A stretch of 58,860 bases of DNA, the filler included, from Sphacelaria rigidula (Eukaryota), in NCBI GenBank assembly GCA_964200075.2. It is 7 parts of 7 records of this genome, joined end to end, with 100 filler letters (N's around TTAATTAATTAA, not from the genome) between each part and the next. Parts side by side here need not be neighbours in the genome. Positions count along the whole stretch, not along the records: positions 33,694 to 42,016 come from CAXNAA020011523.1; positions 42,117 to 50,438 come from CAXNAA020011524.1; positions 50,539 to 58,860 come from CAXNAA020011525.1; 4 more parts are not named here. One strand, written 5' to 3'. This document shows, piece after piece, positions 36,745 through 50,916 of this stretch. Within the stretch, counting starts at the first letter, position 1. Every line of letters begins with the position of its first letter. The notes under the pieces are model-generated. The model did not search any database. It was not told the origin of the DNA and worked only from the letters and a program-made list of their open reading frames with translations. The translations under genes were made by a program, and so were the position numbers.

Positions 36745-38150
36745 CCAACTACAACCCCGCCTCTGAATACTCGTGCCTGCCAGTTGGCGCGCAAGATTTG
36801 AACCCAACGATATGAGAAGCGGTGTGCGAAGAAATCGCGTGAAAACAGAGCGTAAAAAATATATAACTATTCCTTCCTAACTATTTGCATGTCTCTTCAT
36901 ATTCCTCGAACTTCCAAAGGGTCTACCGGAGAGACCACGTGTCCCGGTCACCGTTCATAGATAAATAAGCATTTGTCGGTACTGCCGTTCACGTTTAGTT
37001 GATTATACCCGTGTGCCGATGCTTGGACATGTGCTGTAGAAGCACAGCTCTTGTAACCCGTACATTACTGGTTTCTCGTTCCATTCAACCCGTGCCATCC
37101 TCTTGATGTCGTATGATAAATCTGTGTATCACTGACCCGTAGTATCTACACAAAATACAAAACACATGACCTGAGCAACAGGTGAGTAATGTTGCGGGGA
37201 AGTGAGGGGTCAACGCATTTACTGCACCGCATGTCGCACACGTGTAGGTTCTTCGGCACGAGCGAAGCCCCATTACTGGCCCGAAGAGCTATTATACTAT
37301 GCTCTTGAAATCTTTGTCAGTTCAAAACTGGAAACCTAAACTATCGCGTGGAACTAAATTTCAGCTGATCCACCCACCGAGGCAAAAGGGCTGACTCATT
37401 CATCGTCAATCAACGCGTGACACCTTTCGGGAACTGCAGACCTGAGGCGCAGCGTCGGCTACACCCGCCTGCTACAACCACACATAATCAACCAGCTGCT
37501 AGAGAACTGAATTTACCCTGTCTTGCTCTACGATCTTGTGTCGCATTTGTCGGACTGGAGGAGACGTATATCCCTCTCGCCAGTAATTAATTAAACGAGA
37601 GGCTATGACGCCCTTTTCAGTAAAATATTTTGTAAAATCAGTCGCTGGAGTTTCAGACGTTGGCCGCATGGCAACAGTTTTGATTTTTTTGGTGTACTGG
37701 ACGTCAAGGGTTCGTTGATACGCGAAGAGTTTGTGCGGTTAGCACATGTTGGATGAGCTTCGCACAGTTGACAAATGTTCCCTTCATGCCGAAGAATTGA
37801 ACTTTTCATATTTCAAGATGAGGGCAAACATTCTGTATATTTTGTTTGAGATAATTTGTGGGGTATTGTTTAGAAACCACGTACAGCTGAGTTTTGTCAT
37901 GCGCACAGAGGAAATTAATGTGTTTCGTTGCCACTGTCAAGGAACACCGCGACATAAGATGAAGACACATTCGAACTCCATCTAGACCATCTTTCTTCTG
38001 CTTCATCAGTGCGATTTTCGTCATGATCTGAGGCAGCTCATCACACAGCTCCGGCGTCGTTGTACACCTCCAACTGTCTAGTGTTCATCGCTAGTGTGCA
38101 CACTGCGCCACTCTATTTAGCATTTTCACATACCCATAGCCAAAAAAATC

Positions 38151-40849
38151 CAGGGCTCTTTACGTTGCACGTTACACGTTACGTCACAAATGTGACGTAT
38201 GAAAATTATACGTCATGTCACATCACGTCACATTTTTTCACCCGTACGTCACGTCACGTCACACTGGTGACGTCTTGAAAAGTTATACGTTACGTCACGT
38301 CACAGTAACGTATTTTGAAACGTTTATGGTGACGTGTAACGAATAATATACGTTACGTTTGTGACGTGTAACGTATTTTCGAACGTCATTGTGACGTGTA
38401 ACGAATAACATACGCTACGTTTGTGACGTGCAGCGCAAAATGAAACGTTACACTTCGACCATGTTGAGGGCAAGTGAACGCTACATACGACGTTGTAAGG
38501 TTTCATGTAGCGTACCTTGGTACGAGAGGTTCACGGTGGCTGCCTTGTTCGTGCATGAGGCGCGTTCTGCTCTCTATTTTGACGTGTAAGAATGCGTTTC
38601 AGCTAGTGTATCGCTGATACGTCTCTGACTCACACGTTGCAAATTCAAATAAATACCTGTACCCTGTACATGAGTACGTCATCGATGCACGATAATCAGA
38701 TAGTGAGATACCAAGATGCGCGCAGGCCATGATGTGCACATGCAAACGCAAGTATTACACAGATCACGTTGGGGATACCTGGTGGTCGGTTGGCATTTCG
38801 TAGAACACCCAACACATAGCAATCCGATTCTATAATGTTATGACTAATTGCTCACTTAGCAGAGGGTGTATGCTGAAGATCTGTTTCTATATATTACACA
38901 TAATAAACTGATGATCCGGTGCGAATCCAGCCGCATTCGCAGGGCGGACATCATGAAGGTACTGTAGAATCACATGATGACTCATCGTGCCAAGAAGAGA
39001 GACAAAAGCTTACACAAAACCGTTCAAATAGAGAAAGACAGCAGAAAAAGAGAAAAACAAAACAACACCAACAACGTAAGAAAACGGAGCAAAACCAACT
39101 AAACAAAAAACAAAACTACAGAACAGCAGTGGAGTCACCGAATTTGTCCACGAGGTCACAAGCTCCTGTCGCCCTTCGCATCTCTTCGAAGTCACAAGGT
39201 CTCTGATTACTTCGTAGTTCTTATTTTGCCGTGTCATACTCTGAAGGGGAACCCTGGGCCGCGCTCATCGTTACGTTACACGTCGCTCCCGCCCCGTCTG
39301 TACTTTCGAAGTTGGTTGAAAATTTGAAATTCGGAAATTCGGAACTCGTATTTTCAACAGCCTGGATTCGTTTTTAAGGTTCAACATTTGGGTGGGGTTC
39401 AACGGACCATCGAAATTCCATTTGTTTTGTTCAAAAAGCTCGAGATTCGCAAACGGTTTCGACCATGTAACCCTAACCCAGAAGTTTCTGCACGGCAGCG
39501 CAAGCATGATAATGAGCAGTCCAACAGAAAAACCGCCGTCATTCATTGTCCTGCATGTTTTTAGCAGGACCTGCGTCTAAGCGCTATGGAACACGTAGCA
39601 AAGCATGCTGAAAACATACTTCTTTGGACTAGTCATCGAGTTTTCGAGCGCCTCTTGTTTTCGAGCGCCTCTTGTTGAGTATCTGAGAGAGACTTCATAC
39701 TGTTGCGCTGGCGACGACCGCCGTCAGCGAAACGATCCAATGCGGGGACAGACTCCAGCGATCTTTGAAACACAGCATCATTCAACAGTCTGCTGAGATA
39801 TGCCATCACCAGAGTACAGCATTACCACTACAGTACAGTCGATAAAATGGATGCCCCACAATAAAGCTGCAGACACACACAACGGGGGTAAGGGGTAGTC
39901 CCACCCTTGGGGTTGTTTCGTCAGTAGTGCCCATGCGAGGCGCTTCATCCAGTCTGAACTAGCTAATACGCCTTGTATGGCCACCTCCGCCGTGGCTGTG
40001 TTGAGAACCGGTTTCGCGGTGAGGCTTTCGAACAAAACTACTGTAGTTCAACGCGCTTGCAAAATCCGAGCCGTTTCTTTTAATTTAGAACCTGCATCAG
40101 CTGTAGTTTGAATATCCCTCCTGACGATCCCAATCGGGGTCTGATCCAGGGGCGGGGAGCGCTGGCACCCTCCCCCTCAAATAGGATTTGTGAACTACTG
40201 TGGGGGTATTTGGGAAAGATCGCTCGGGATGAAACATGTAGAATTGTATTCAGGGGTATCGTGGTACATACTTCCCTATCCAAAATCGAAATTTCCTTCC
40301 TTGAACGCTTTATACCCGTTACAATGAACGACTGCTTTCCAAAAAAACCATCCGTAATTTTAGGACTTCCCCTGGGGTCGAATCCTAACGCTGAACTTGC
40401 GCTTACATCGCGTGCGTATTAATATTATGATGACGTATGCAAACTCTTCTTGAACCCATGTATCATATCATACGAGTATCACATATGCTAATCTCACACT
40501 AATTGTGGTACAAGTTGAGCGTGTGACGGTTGTGACGTTTATACAGACGTCACAAACGTGTAATGTGACATGTAAATCGTATTGTGACGTGTAACGTATA
40601 AAATACGTGAGACGTTACAATAAACGTTTCAAAATACGTTAATGCGAGGTATATAGAAAAAACTCACGCGTTACATTCGTGACGTCTTGAAATTTTTTAC
40701 GTCACGTCACGTCACATTTCTTCACCGGTACGTTACGTCACGTCACACCCTTGTGACATCTTCGAAAAATACGTAAGTCACGTCACACCCTTGTGATGTA
40801 ACGTTTGTGACGTGTAACGTACGTGTGAGGTATACCGTGAAGAGCCCTG
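38151..40849. mobile_element. hAT-type DNA transposon derivative (2.7 kb)
   Basis: TIRs cagggctctttacg and cgtgaagagccctg. 8-bp flanks aaaaaatc and aaaaattc (one mismatch) fit a hAT TSD. ACGT/GTCAC-rich subterminal arrays lie at 38160-38500 and 40520-40830. No intact transposase. Confidence 0.85.
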
Positions 40850-42254
40850 AAAAATTCGAGGACTCTAACGAAAAATTCCGACAGACGCATACCACGGTGG
40901 GGGGTGCACAAAATATGTCTTAGGTTTAAATTGTTAGGAGCCTGTCACCTCATGAAAAAAACGACCTATGAAAAAACCACATGAAATATGTGAGAGCACA
41001 TCACGATTAGCCTCACAATTGGCTACGGAGATCACGAGGGAATTTTAGAACGAAATTATTATTACCCATATTCTTGTGTGCGGCTCCTAACTTCAGGAGC
41101 CCCTCAATGAGAAACATCTGGGCCCAAATGTGCAACCCCTACCGTGTCGTGCATCAACAACAGGTAGCTCTACAGTATGTGAGAGTACGCTAGGATTACT
41201 ATCCCAATGTGCTAGGGATGTCCCGAATAAATTTGCAAACGGGGGTGCTCTGGTCCATATTCTTGTGAATCTAGAACCTTCAGGAGCCTCTGACCCAAAC
41301 AAGATTTCGCGCAAAAAGTGCACCTCTACCGTAGCATTGCTCGTTGGTGCATAGCGTTCACCTTGGTGAACCGCCTAGTTATGGCATACGTAGACAAGTA
41401 GGGAAACATGCGCCGTGCTACTGTAGGGTCAAGAGGCTACGGTTGCGCTTAGCACTGGGTCGGAGCTAGTCATGGTTAAGGCGCATCTAACCGGGGTCGA
41501 AAACATAGTGAGCAAATCAACCGTACGAAAGCAGCATGCTGCTTGGTTGCTGCAATATCGCCCCGTCGGGTGTGTCGCGACGGATCAATATCCTGCTTTT
41601 GGGCGCTTTTTTGCTCTCGATTTTTTTTTTTGGTCCCGTGAAGATGCGCCTTTACTGGGGTTACGATCAAGGATATATCTGCGGTCTGCACGACACACGA
41701 GCGACGATGCTAGGCGGACGGAGATTATCTTACACTGAGAGTACGCAGTCACAACGTTTCTCACGGAAGCAAGTGTACTCATCATCCAAGAACAGAGGAT
41801 TCTATCAAATGAGGTTCATCAATGAAATGAGGTTCGAGCTCAAAACAGTATTTTCTCCACGCTTTCAGCGATGGTGCCCAATAACTTTCTTGTCGGCCTA
41901 ATGCCCCTCGATCGCGTAGATACTTCTTAATTAAGCGCATTTTATCGACTCTGTGAGCTTACAGCGCTGTCCGAAACCACCATTTCTACTTATTTTTTAG
42001 GGGGGGGGGGGGGGAANNNNNNNNNNNNNNNNNNNNNNNNNNNNNNNNNNNNNNNNNNNNTTAATTAATTAANNNNNNNNNNNNNNNNNNNNNNNNNNNN
42101 NNNNNNNNNNNNNNNNAAACGTGGGGTACTTGTGCCGAAGGTGTTGAACTTGGCTTCATGCTACGAGCCTGTGTTTGAGGCATTCCAATGACACGAAGTG
42201 AAGTTGGTTTCTGCTGCGGGTAAAAATTCGACTAACTGGTTTTGTGCGACTCCG

Positions 42255-42350
42255 TTTTCGCGTCAGGATTCTTGCGACCTGATTCTTGCGATCGAATTCT
42301 TACGATGGTTTTTTTGCGTCAGGATTCTTGCGATCGGATTCTTGCGATAG
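42255..42350. repeat. Short tandem repeat of attcttgcga units
   Basis: Five attctt(g/a)cga units, including two copies of gcgtcaggattcttgcga. Confidence 0.75.
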
Positions 42351-44214
42351 TCTTTTTGCACTCTTTTTGCACTCTAAAACCCCTATCGATTTCGGTTATT
42401 TGGGAATAAGTTGGTCAAACGAAAACCAAACGCATCCTGCTCCAAGGGGGACCTGGACAAACAGCAGTTGCTACTGCCATGTAGTATCATCCTCCAAATC
42501 GAAGTCTTGAGTAAGAACCCCTAGCGTTTGTTGTCCATGTACAAGGATGATCTACATCGAGTATCATGCTCCAAAACGTACCTGACAGTAGCAATGCTAG
42601 CGGATCCTACGTCCTGACAGTCAGTGACAGTCTGGCAGCCGGCAAGGTGGTTATGGTAGTTTCCTTTTAGCGATACCAACTTACAGTGCACTGGAGCAGA
42701 GCTTGTAGGTGAATATTTCGGCGATTGCCTCACCCGCAATTCGCCCTGATGTTGCCCCTGCATTATATAGGGAAAATTTACCCAACCGTGGACAAAACAA
42801 ATGTACAGACAGTACAAACACGGTGTAGAAAGTGTACTGCGTAAGGTCGAGTGTGCTGTGTGTGTTGTCGTCCCATAAATTCTCGACGCCGGTCTCCACC
42901 TTTTGGTATGTGTGGGCGCACCAGCCGCGGTTGTGTTACCATATAGCTTCGCCCAAGATACAGGCAGCCATTACAGCGGCGGAGTCGACCGTTCACTCCT
43001 GCGTGCGCCACCTGGGGCAAACGTACGCTGTAGCTGCAACACGGACAACTTTACGAAATGCGATGTGGCAATATAGCGCGTGGGAAGGAGGTTTATATCC
43101 TGCGTACACCTCGGCTGCGATACAACGGCTGCACTCGCGATGTGGCGAACTAGTATACCGTACCAGTTCAAAATCAGATGTGCATGAAATAAACGCCACC
43201 GACATGCTCTGGTTATTATGAACTGTACTGTGTACGAGGCGCGGGGACCGTAGTTTTTGCCAAGAAATGCAAGGACGCAACCATACTGCAGTACAGGTAG
43301 TTCTTCATGCAACGCGTGGTTCGGACGAGACATAAAACACAGTAATTGCATGATGATACCTGGGCGTTTTGGTACTGAAACGAGCCCACCAGTCCCTCCA
43401 CTGCCTACCGTAAGGAGATAAATACCACGTCAAAATACAAAATAAGTTACGGACAGACCTTCATTTTCGAGTAGAGGACTCAGCCGAGATTACTCCGGGT
43501 TCACCGCCGAAATCCGAGACGGTAACGTCCCAAACACCGGAATAAATTGAAATTCGAAGCGCCCTGGACGCAGGGCAATCTATTTTCTAGTGTCGGTGAG
43601 CCAGCAAAAGAACTGAAAGACACTAGACCCCCAACGAGTACAATGATTGGGATGTCCCAGTACGCTGACTACATCCCACCAATACAATTGAAACCAACAA
43701 GCTGGAGATTAATTCGAAAGAGATCGAGAGAGAGAAATGGAATGGAAGGGCAGATGGACGGGTGAAGTACTAGTAGTGCTGGCATTTGGAGTTCGTAGCG
43801 ATATGACAAGAATAGAGGTTAAAATTAAATGCAACGGAGCTGGACTAAACTGTTTGGCAAGAGGAAATATATAAAGGAAGGGGGAACACTTCCAAGTCAC
43901 GCGAAAACAGAGCGCGAGCAAGGAGTGGGAAAGGATAGAGACAAGGCGTCGGCATGGGTTAGAAGAATAGGGTGGAGAGTGTGCACAGCTAATGGAACAA
44001 CAAATCTAGGACGTAGTTCACGGGTTAACGGAGGAGGAGAGAGGCAAGAACAGGTACGTATCCGGAAGTGGAAGGGGAGACATAGCGACCCGAAGCAAAA
44101 ATGCAAATATTAACGCAGAAACGGGAAGAACAACCAAGCGAGGGCAAGCAAAAGTAAAAGAGACGGGGAGAGAACAGGAGACAACACGAGGGCAGATAGT
44201 GATTCGGAGAATAA

Positions 44215-44640
44215 GTTGAAAATAGGCTTGTGTAAGGTGTGTGGGTTCGTCACAGACAAGCGCAAAAGAAAAGAGATGGTGCAATAAGTGAGTAAACAAG
44301 ACCTAGATATAGTAGGAGCCCAACATTCATGGGATAAAGAGGGGGCGGAAATAGGATGCAAAGTTGCAGAGTACGCATGGATAGGGGAGAAGCAGAGGGG
44401 ACAGAAGTCCAAGAGCAGGGGAGCGGAGGTAGTAAGATCCTTGGTCAAGGAATATCTGTGTGACAGTATAGAAGTGATCGACGACACGAAATTGCCGAGA
44501 GCATATGACTAAGGGTACCAGGAGAGCGGGGAACGAAGGACTTCTTCGTGGGTAATATTTGCATGCCCCCAGAATCGAAGAGTAGGGTGAAAGACATACA
44601 ACGGAGGTTTGGAGAGATATCAGTAGTTGTACATAGGTAC
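44215..44640 (+). pseudogene. LINE ORF2 AP-endonuclease fragment
   Basis: QDLDIVGAQHSW (a DIxxxQExW-like motif), YAWIGEKQRG and FVGNICMPPES, on a purine-rich strand co-oriented with the downstream RT. Confidence 0.65.
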
Positions 44641-46689
44641 TAGCCCGAAAAGAGGACCCCTCCCACTCCCACTGGGCGGGGGGGGGCAGAAAATATGGAC
44701 GTGAAGTGTGGCTGATGTGATGATGAACGAATGGGGTTAAGATGGTACAGGATGGCAGGAAGAGGAATAGATCCGGATGTGAGGTGATGTGCACGCATTG
44801 CAGATAAAGTGTGGTGTAGGACTAACAATATTCTGCGAGGGCGTGGGCCGACGATGGAGGGGGATTGCAGTAAAGGAGAAATACCGCCGCGGTGTTGTGA
44901 AAATAATCTGTTGTAATTAACGAGGAGGCCCAAAACCGGACGCAAGGGAAAACCGAGAGTATGGGAAGAAAACCCTTCGCGCAGCAACTGACACTACAGT
45001 AAAGAACCATACAAATAAGTCATCGCACACAATCTGCATGGAGAAGTCCCTTGCGGCAAAAAATATTTTTTCTACAATGACATGGCAACCACGATCGAAG
45101 TCGGAAATTTGCATGCTAAAGGACAAGAATACGAAAGAAAAATATATGCGTGCGACGGTAGGACCCATTTGCGATACATGTGTCGACAAGAAAACGAATA
45201 TGTGAAGGAAGAAGAAAAAAGAAACATGACTAATGACAGTCAACAGCGGTGTGCCGCATGTGATGGACCCAACAAGAGAGGTGGATGGACAAGCAAAGAT
45301 GGTACGGGTGCTACGTTGACGGCTATTTATACGACATGCAATCTCCGATGAAACGTCGTCCAGGGCAAAAAACTTACGATTAGGTATGCCCAAATGACAA
45401 TGAAGCGCGGAAGCGAATTTTGCATAATACGAAAAGAAGACGAGAATGCTAAAGAACAACATGGTCGTTGCTGCCTCATCCTCATAGTCTACACATAAGA
45501 GGAAAACGCGACATATATCGACAGTAGTAGGAAGAAGGCAACGTGAACAACTGTGTACTATCTACGACGGACTGTAGGGGTACGTCACAACGTGTGCGCT
45601 GAAGACTGAAGATACTGAACAATGCACGGAAACGCAGAAGGGGAACGCCGCACTATGTACGCCGTGCACCCGAAGCGTGTTGATGTTGGCAGGAGTCGCT
45701 CATAGTGGTTTTGGTGTATTTCGTGTACCGTCTCTCGTGTTGGGGGTTGTGTGTGGCCGAGCTCCCCACCTGTTACGCTCATTTTTTTCTGTCTGGATAC
45801 GAGACGAAAAATTGGTCCAGAATATAACGAGAAAAATCCTACGTAACCGGCGCGCGTTGTACTTTGTGGCAAATGCAAGGTATTCACTTATGAAAATGCG
45901 TTTGACGATCACGTCATAGATATACATACGTCGAAGTGTGGGGTATTGAGGACCCACAGATCATCGTGCATGATGTCTGCTTCACAGGGATGTGTACATA
46001 TGCGACATATCGTGGTCTACGACGTCTGCGTCGCAGGATGTGTAGCTATGGGATCTGCACATTTGTTGCGGACAGATCGGCCTGCGTGTGTGTCGTGTGT
46101 AGTCTGCACTCTTGACTCACTTCTCTCTTGCACGTTGCGCACACCAGACCGCGAGCTCGAACAAACGTTCCCGACACTGCGTGTGTGTCTCGATGGCTAC
46201 AGCAGCGGGATCCTCTCCCTTGTCTAGTTTGGTTAGGTGAAAAAACATCCCGACACACCAGTTCCGCTGGCAAAAGTGTACCACGCGCGCGTGTGTGAGT
46301 GTGTCGCCTTCCACAGCCGTGCTGGTCTGTCCACCGCACAAAGCAGCAGGTAGGTCCAGAGTTGAAACGAGCGCAGCCGACGATAACCACTATGCGCGTC
46401 TCTTCGTTCCTCAGTTGTCTACAGCAGCGGGGATCTCTGTCTCGCATACATTGGGCGAGAAGTGAATCACATCCGACCGTTGCCTCCTTGCGTTTCCTTC
46501 GGTATGCATCCTTCACATGTTCCTCATGACCACACACCCAAATAGCTCACAGCACCACAACCAAGCACCAGGGGGATGCTGTGAGTGGTTTTTCTCTCTG
46601 TCTTGGCTGGGCTTCATCGGAGTAGGGTGTACGTGAAAAGGAGTGTGTATGTACGTGCGCAGGATCTACAAGGGCAGTGCAAAAAACAA

Positions 46690-47903
46690 AAAAAACGTCC
46701 ATGCATTTTGCTAGAAAAACGACAGACGACCATATGGAAGAAAAGAGGCAAGAGTTCCAAAAAGAGATGGCCAAAACTGCAGTGAACTATTGCGAGATGT
46801 TGGAACACGTAGGTACCGCTGATACCGAAATGGAACGAAATCGGGCAGGAGCGAAGATCATAGAAGGATGGGAGCAGATGGTGCAGAACACAGCGAGTAA
46901 AGTCAAAGGGAGGAAACTGATCGTGTGCAACAGAGCCGTGAAATGGTGGCATGAGGAAGTGAAATAAGCTATCAGAATAAGGAGGCCCACGCGAGGTGGA
47001 TGTCGAGAAAAATTACGGGAGGGTGGGAGGAGTATACTAAACCTTGGAAGGAAGTAAAAAATATGGTACAGATGAGGAAGAAGGAAGTTTGGGAAGGTGT
47101 AGTAAAAAACCCCTGAAGATTTCGACCGCGGGATAAAACAGATGTGGGCAGGGATAAAAGCGATAACGAGAAACCAGGCAGGAAAGAGGGACAAGAGATA
47201 ACCACACTACGGGCACAGAACAGTAAAATGGTCAGTAGTTGGAAGGGAAAGAAAAAAGTGCTAGTCGAGCACTACCGTGAACTAGAAACACTAGAAACAA
47301 CCACGGAGTTCGACATAGAATTCGAAAAAGAAATCAACGCGTGGGCAGAGGCCAACGTAGAGACGTCGAAACGGGAGGATAGTGGCTCGAAAGAATTACA
47401 GAGAGGGTTTACTAGAGATGAAGTAAAGGAGTACGTAGCTGAACTCAAGAACAGAAAGACAGCAGGGACAGACGAAATAGTGAATGAGTTTCTGAAGTAC
47501 GGGAGTGAAGGAATGGTTACCATGATGATTATGCTGTACAACTGGATCTGGGAAAACGAGTACACACCCAAGAGGTGGAGAGAAGGGGTACTCGTCAACC
47601 TTTTCAAAAATGGAGACAAGGCTGACCCAGGAAACTTTAGAGGGATAACGCTACTAAGCACCGTAGGGAAAATATTCTGTAAGATTCTGAACGATAGAGT
47701 AGGAAATATACTAGAAAAGGAAGAGAAAGTCAGCGAGGCACAAACAGGATTTAGACCAAACCGTAGTTGCGTAGACCATGGGTATCCACTGAATAAGGTC
47801 ATTCAGGGTAGGAAAGACACCGGACGGACGACGTACTATTTCTTCCTGGACGTACAGAAGACTTATGACACAATATGGAGAAATGGGTTGTGGAAAACGT
47901 TGT
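46690..47903 (+). pseudogene. LINE (non-LTR) reverse transcriptase, 3'-truncated
   Basis: KWWHEEV, KTAGTDEIVNEFLK, WREGVLVNLFKNGDKADPGNFRGITLLSTVGKIF, QTGFRPNRSCVDH and FFLDVQKTYDTIWR. Homology ends after GLWKTL, before the QG and YADD motifs. Confidence 0.92.
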
Positions 47904-48984
47904 GCACGATTTGGCCGACTAAACTCGTGATTCAACTCATAGAATCATTTCAACGAATAGATCATACTATTCGTACATCATTTGCCATTTATATATCTTC
48001 TCAGCTCGTGCGTCGTGCAGTACGTGTCAAAGGTACCTGCGCCCTACCTTCCGTGAATACCGGGGTAAATAAAGGGCATACCGTCAACCTCTGCGGTGCA
48101 AATTTGAATGCATCGATTGTACATGCCACCCACTTCTCACCATCATGAATCAGGAACGTCATGTACAACTTGCTTGACCGAGTCGTTCGAGATGACCGCC
48201 AGTATATCTTTCCCACCTTCGGGTTATTTCGGGACCAACAATTGTGATGGTAAATGACTGTGTCTGAATTAGAAGTAGTTTGGGATTTGCGGATGCCCAA
48301 AAACGACCGACGAGTATGGAAAGATTCTAGTCGAATGTGTGTTGTGGTAAGGCAGGATTTGGATTGTTTTTTATTGTTGACGCAGCTGGTTGAAGGTAGA
48401 TAGATTGTACCCGATCAGCCGCGTGTACCTGCTGCTACTACAGCGTTGTTTGGCTAAAGGCACAGCACGGTGATTTTGTATTATGACGAAGTTGTGAGCG
48501 GGGCAGACGGACGTACCGATAGAACAGCTGCCCCCAGCTGTTCTACCCACCTGTCTTCACTCGACACATCGACCTCAGTCTGCAGGCATTATTGGATATA
48601 AAGAAGAGCTTTTACTCGTCATCTACCCATCGATCTCCTGTCGTCAGTGTCGCGAGTCCACAGCCTTACTGACGTGAGTCTTAGCTGTGCTGTATTTCTA
48701 CCCTCATCCACAATTGTTACTTGTTTTCTGGCTTTGAGGCTGTGTGGTTTCCCCCTTTGACAGCTGGGTTATTGTATTGAAAAAATGGAACAACAGTTTG
48801 AGTGTAGCAAGTCAATCCAGGACCGCTTGCAGACACCTCACAAGGGTGTGGCTTGGTTGCGTTCGGCGTATACGGTTTTACTGCTTGCGGTATTGCCTAT
48901 ACTACCACACAATTTGTACAGGTTTCATTTCTTCATTTCATGGGGAGTCAACATAACACCATGCACACCCGGCCATTTGGCTCG

Positions 48985-49320
48985 CCCCAAATTCCCTCTA
49001 GAGGGGAATTTCCCCCTCTAGAGGAGGAAAACACCCTCTACAGGATCCCTGGAGTGACAAAAAGTGGTGGAGGGGTCTATTTTCTACCATTCTAGAGGCT
49101 GTGACCAATAGCCCACTGGGGTCGCTCTGGAGGGAGGACATTGAGCCCCCCCTAGAGGGGTTGCGTGCACTCTGCCCCAGAGATCATTCTCGTTTCTCGC
49201 ATTCCTGTTCGTTGTTTCACCCTCTAGACGTGTCGCATTTTGTTTTTCCCCCCAAAAGTGCGGTCGATTTTTTTTGCCGATTTGATAGGTTCACCGCATT
49301 TATGTTCCTAGAGGGCTTTC
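48985..49320. repeat. Cluster of palindromic CCCTCTAGAGGG motifs, likely a TE subterminal region
   Basis: ccctctagagggg, ccctctagagg, ttctagagg, ccctagagggg, ccctctaga and cctagaggg all fall within ~330 bp. Confidence 0.55.
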
Positions 49321-50538
49321 ACTCAAAGTTATCATTAGCGGCGCGCGAGGAAGAATTACTCGAGGTAAAAAACAACCGTTTTCAACCGCAAACATGCGGT
49401 CGAAAGAGACGAAGCGGCACTTATTGACTTCGATCTTGCAGACCACCGCAAGCTCAATCCAACTCATTCTCAGCTACCACCGCAACCCTGCAACATAGAG
49501 CACGCGTTGAGCCCAGGGATAAAAACACCCCAGTAGTCGGGTGTGCCTTCTTTATTTTTTGTTGGCGAAAACTTGCTCATCTTCTCTGATGGTAGGGAGC
49601 AGCGACGGAATTGCGCGGTGCGCTGGACATCGGAGTTGGGTGCACGTACAGAGCTGCACGTTGCTCAAGTCCTTTTCACGTCGCTTTGTAAGCAGAGAGA
49701 ACTGATAGTCCTAGGCTGTCTGCACTGCACTTTGCTCGCTTCTCTTTTATATCCTTTTGTACGAAACACGCACACACGCAGTCAAGACACTGCTCGCAAG
49801 CAGTGCAGACGGTACAGACTACTGTCTATACTGTACACGTTCGACCATGTATCGTTTCACGAATCAAGAGTGGGCAACGTGCTACTGCAAGGAAGCTTGT
49901 CATTTTCCATACCTTTTTCGTTGTCTTACACAAACAGAAAAGGTACATGACAAAGAGCCGCCGGTTCAATGTCACGCTTTTCTCAAGCTGCAAGGAAGCT
50001 GAACAATCACGAGCCCGATGACCCCAACTATGCTTGCTGGTGCTGTTCGGGGCATCTCTCCCAAGCCGGGACGGAGCACGCCGGGTTTTCGCTGGACCAG
50101 CCTCGCAATTAATCATCAAGCACGAAGCCCCGTGATGTACGTTTCGCACATCGCATAAACTGTGAGTTCCATCTTGCTTAGTTCTGCCCAGAGCCTTGTG
50201 AACACCTCACGTATAATTTTGGTGACACGCAGCCACAGTGTGTAATTCGTGAGACGACCGCATACTTAGAGCACCGCATCGGAATTTGAACATCCCTATA
50301 ATTGGGTTTAGGGTTCGGGGAGGGGGGCGGAGACACCGCTGGAACGTGTACGTAGAGCGGTGTGGGGAATGCGGTATGCCGACGATGCCGGCATCATCTC
50401 GAGATCCCCCAACGGACTGGCGAGGATGATGGACATCANNNNNNNNNNNNNNNNNNNNNNNNNNNNNNNNNNNNNNNNNNNNTTAATTAATTAANNNNNN
50501 NNNNNNNNNNNNNNNNNNNNNNNNNNNNNNNNNNNNNN

Positions 50539-50685
50539 GGAATTCCCACGCTTGGGTTCGTTCCAGCCAATGTCACCAATATGAGGCGCTTTATGCAGCC
50601 TGAACCCGAAAATCAGGCGCTGTATGGCCATTATTTTCGTGACACTTGTAGCTGGTTTTTTGGGGGGGCTATCGTAGAAAGTGTC
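50539..50685 (-). mobile_element. GACAC-family MITE, partial copy inserted in Gypsy B pol
   Basis: Reverse-complement match to 57992-58140. It interrupts the reading frame at NWLRTSLPRMAE. Confidence 0.9.
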
Positions 50686-50916
50686 TTCCGCCATGCGCGG
50701 GAGCGAAGTCCGCAACCAATTCACCGCCTGTAGAAACTGCATCAGCTAATTACCGTTTTGAGGACGTCGCATATTGCTCAAACGTTGAATACGGACGGGA
50801 TCATGCGAAACAGTACCGTTGGAGTACACCTTACCACACCAAACCACTTCGCGTGCGAAAAAAGTACACTTATGCGTAGCGACAAACAAGCCAACACTCT
50901 CCAAGCGGCCAAGAAT

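Noticed and set aside
47272-47802. Long antisense ORFs over TE genes (also 17038-17553, 24407-24997, 31832-32587, 51498-52130)
   Set aside because: These are shadow frames of the real coding strand.
47904-48148. C-terminal part of the 334-aa RT ORF as a novel fusion domain
   Set aside because: RT homology stops at GLWKTL. The rest is best explained as chance read-through into unrelated DNA after truncation.
50300-50320. Telomere-like tttagggttcggg
   Set aside because: A single unit, not an array.
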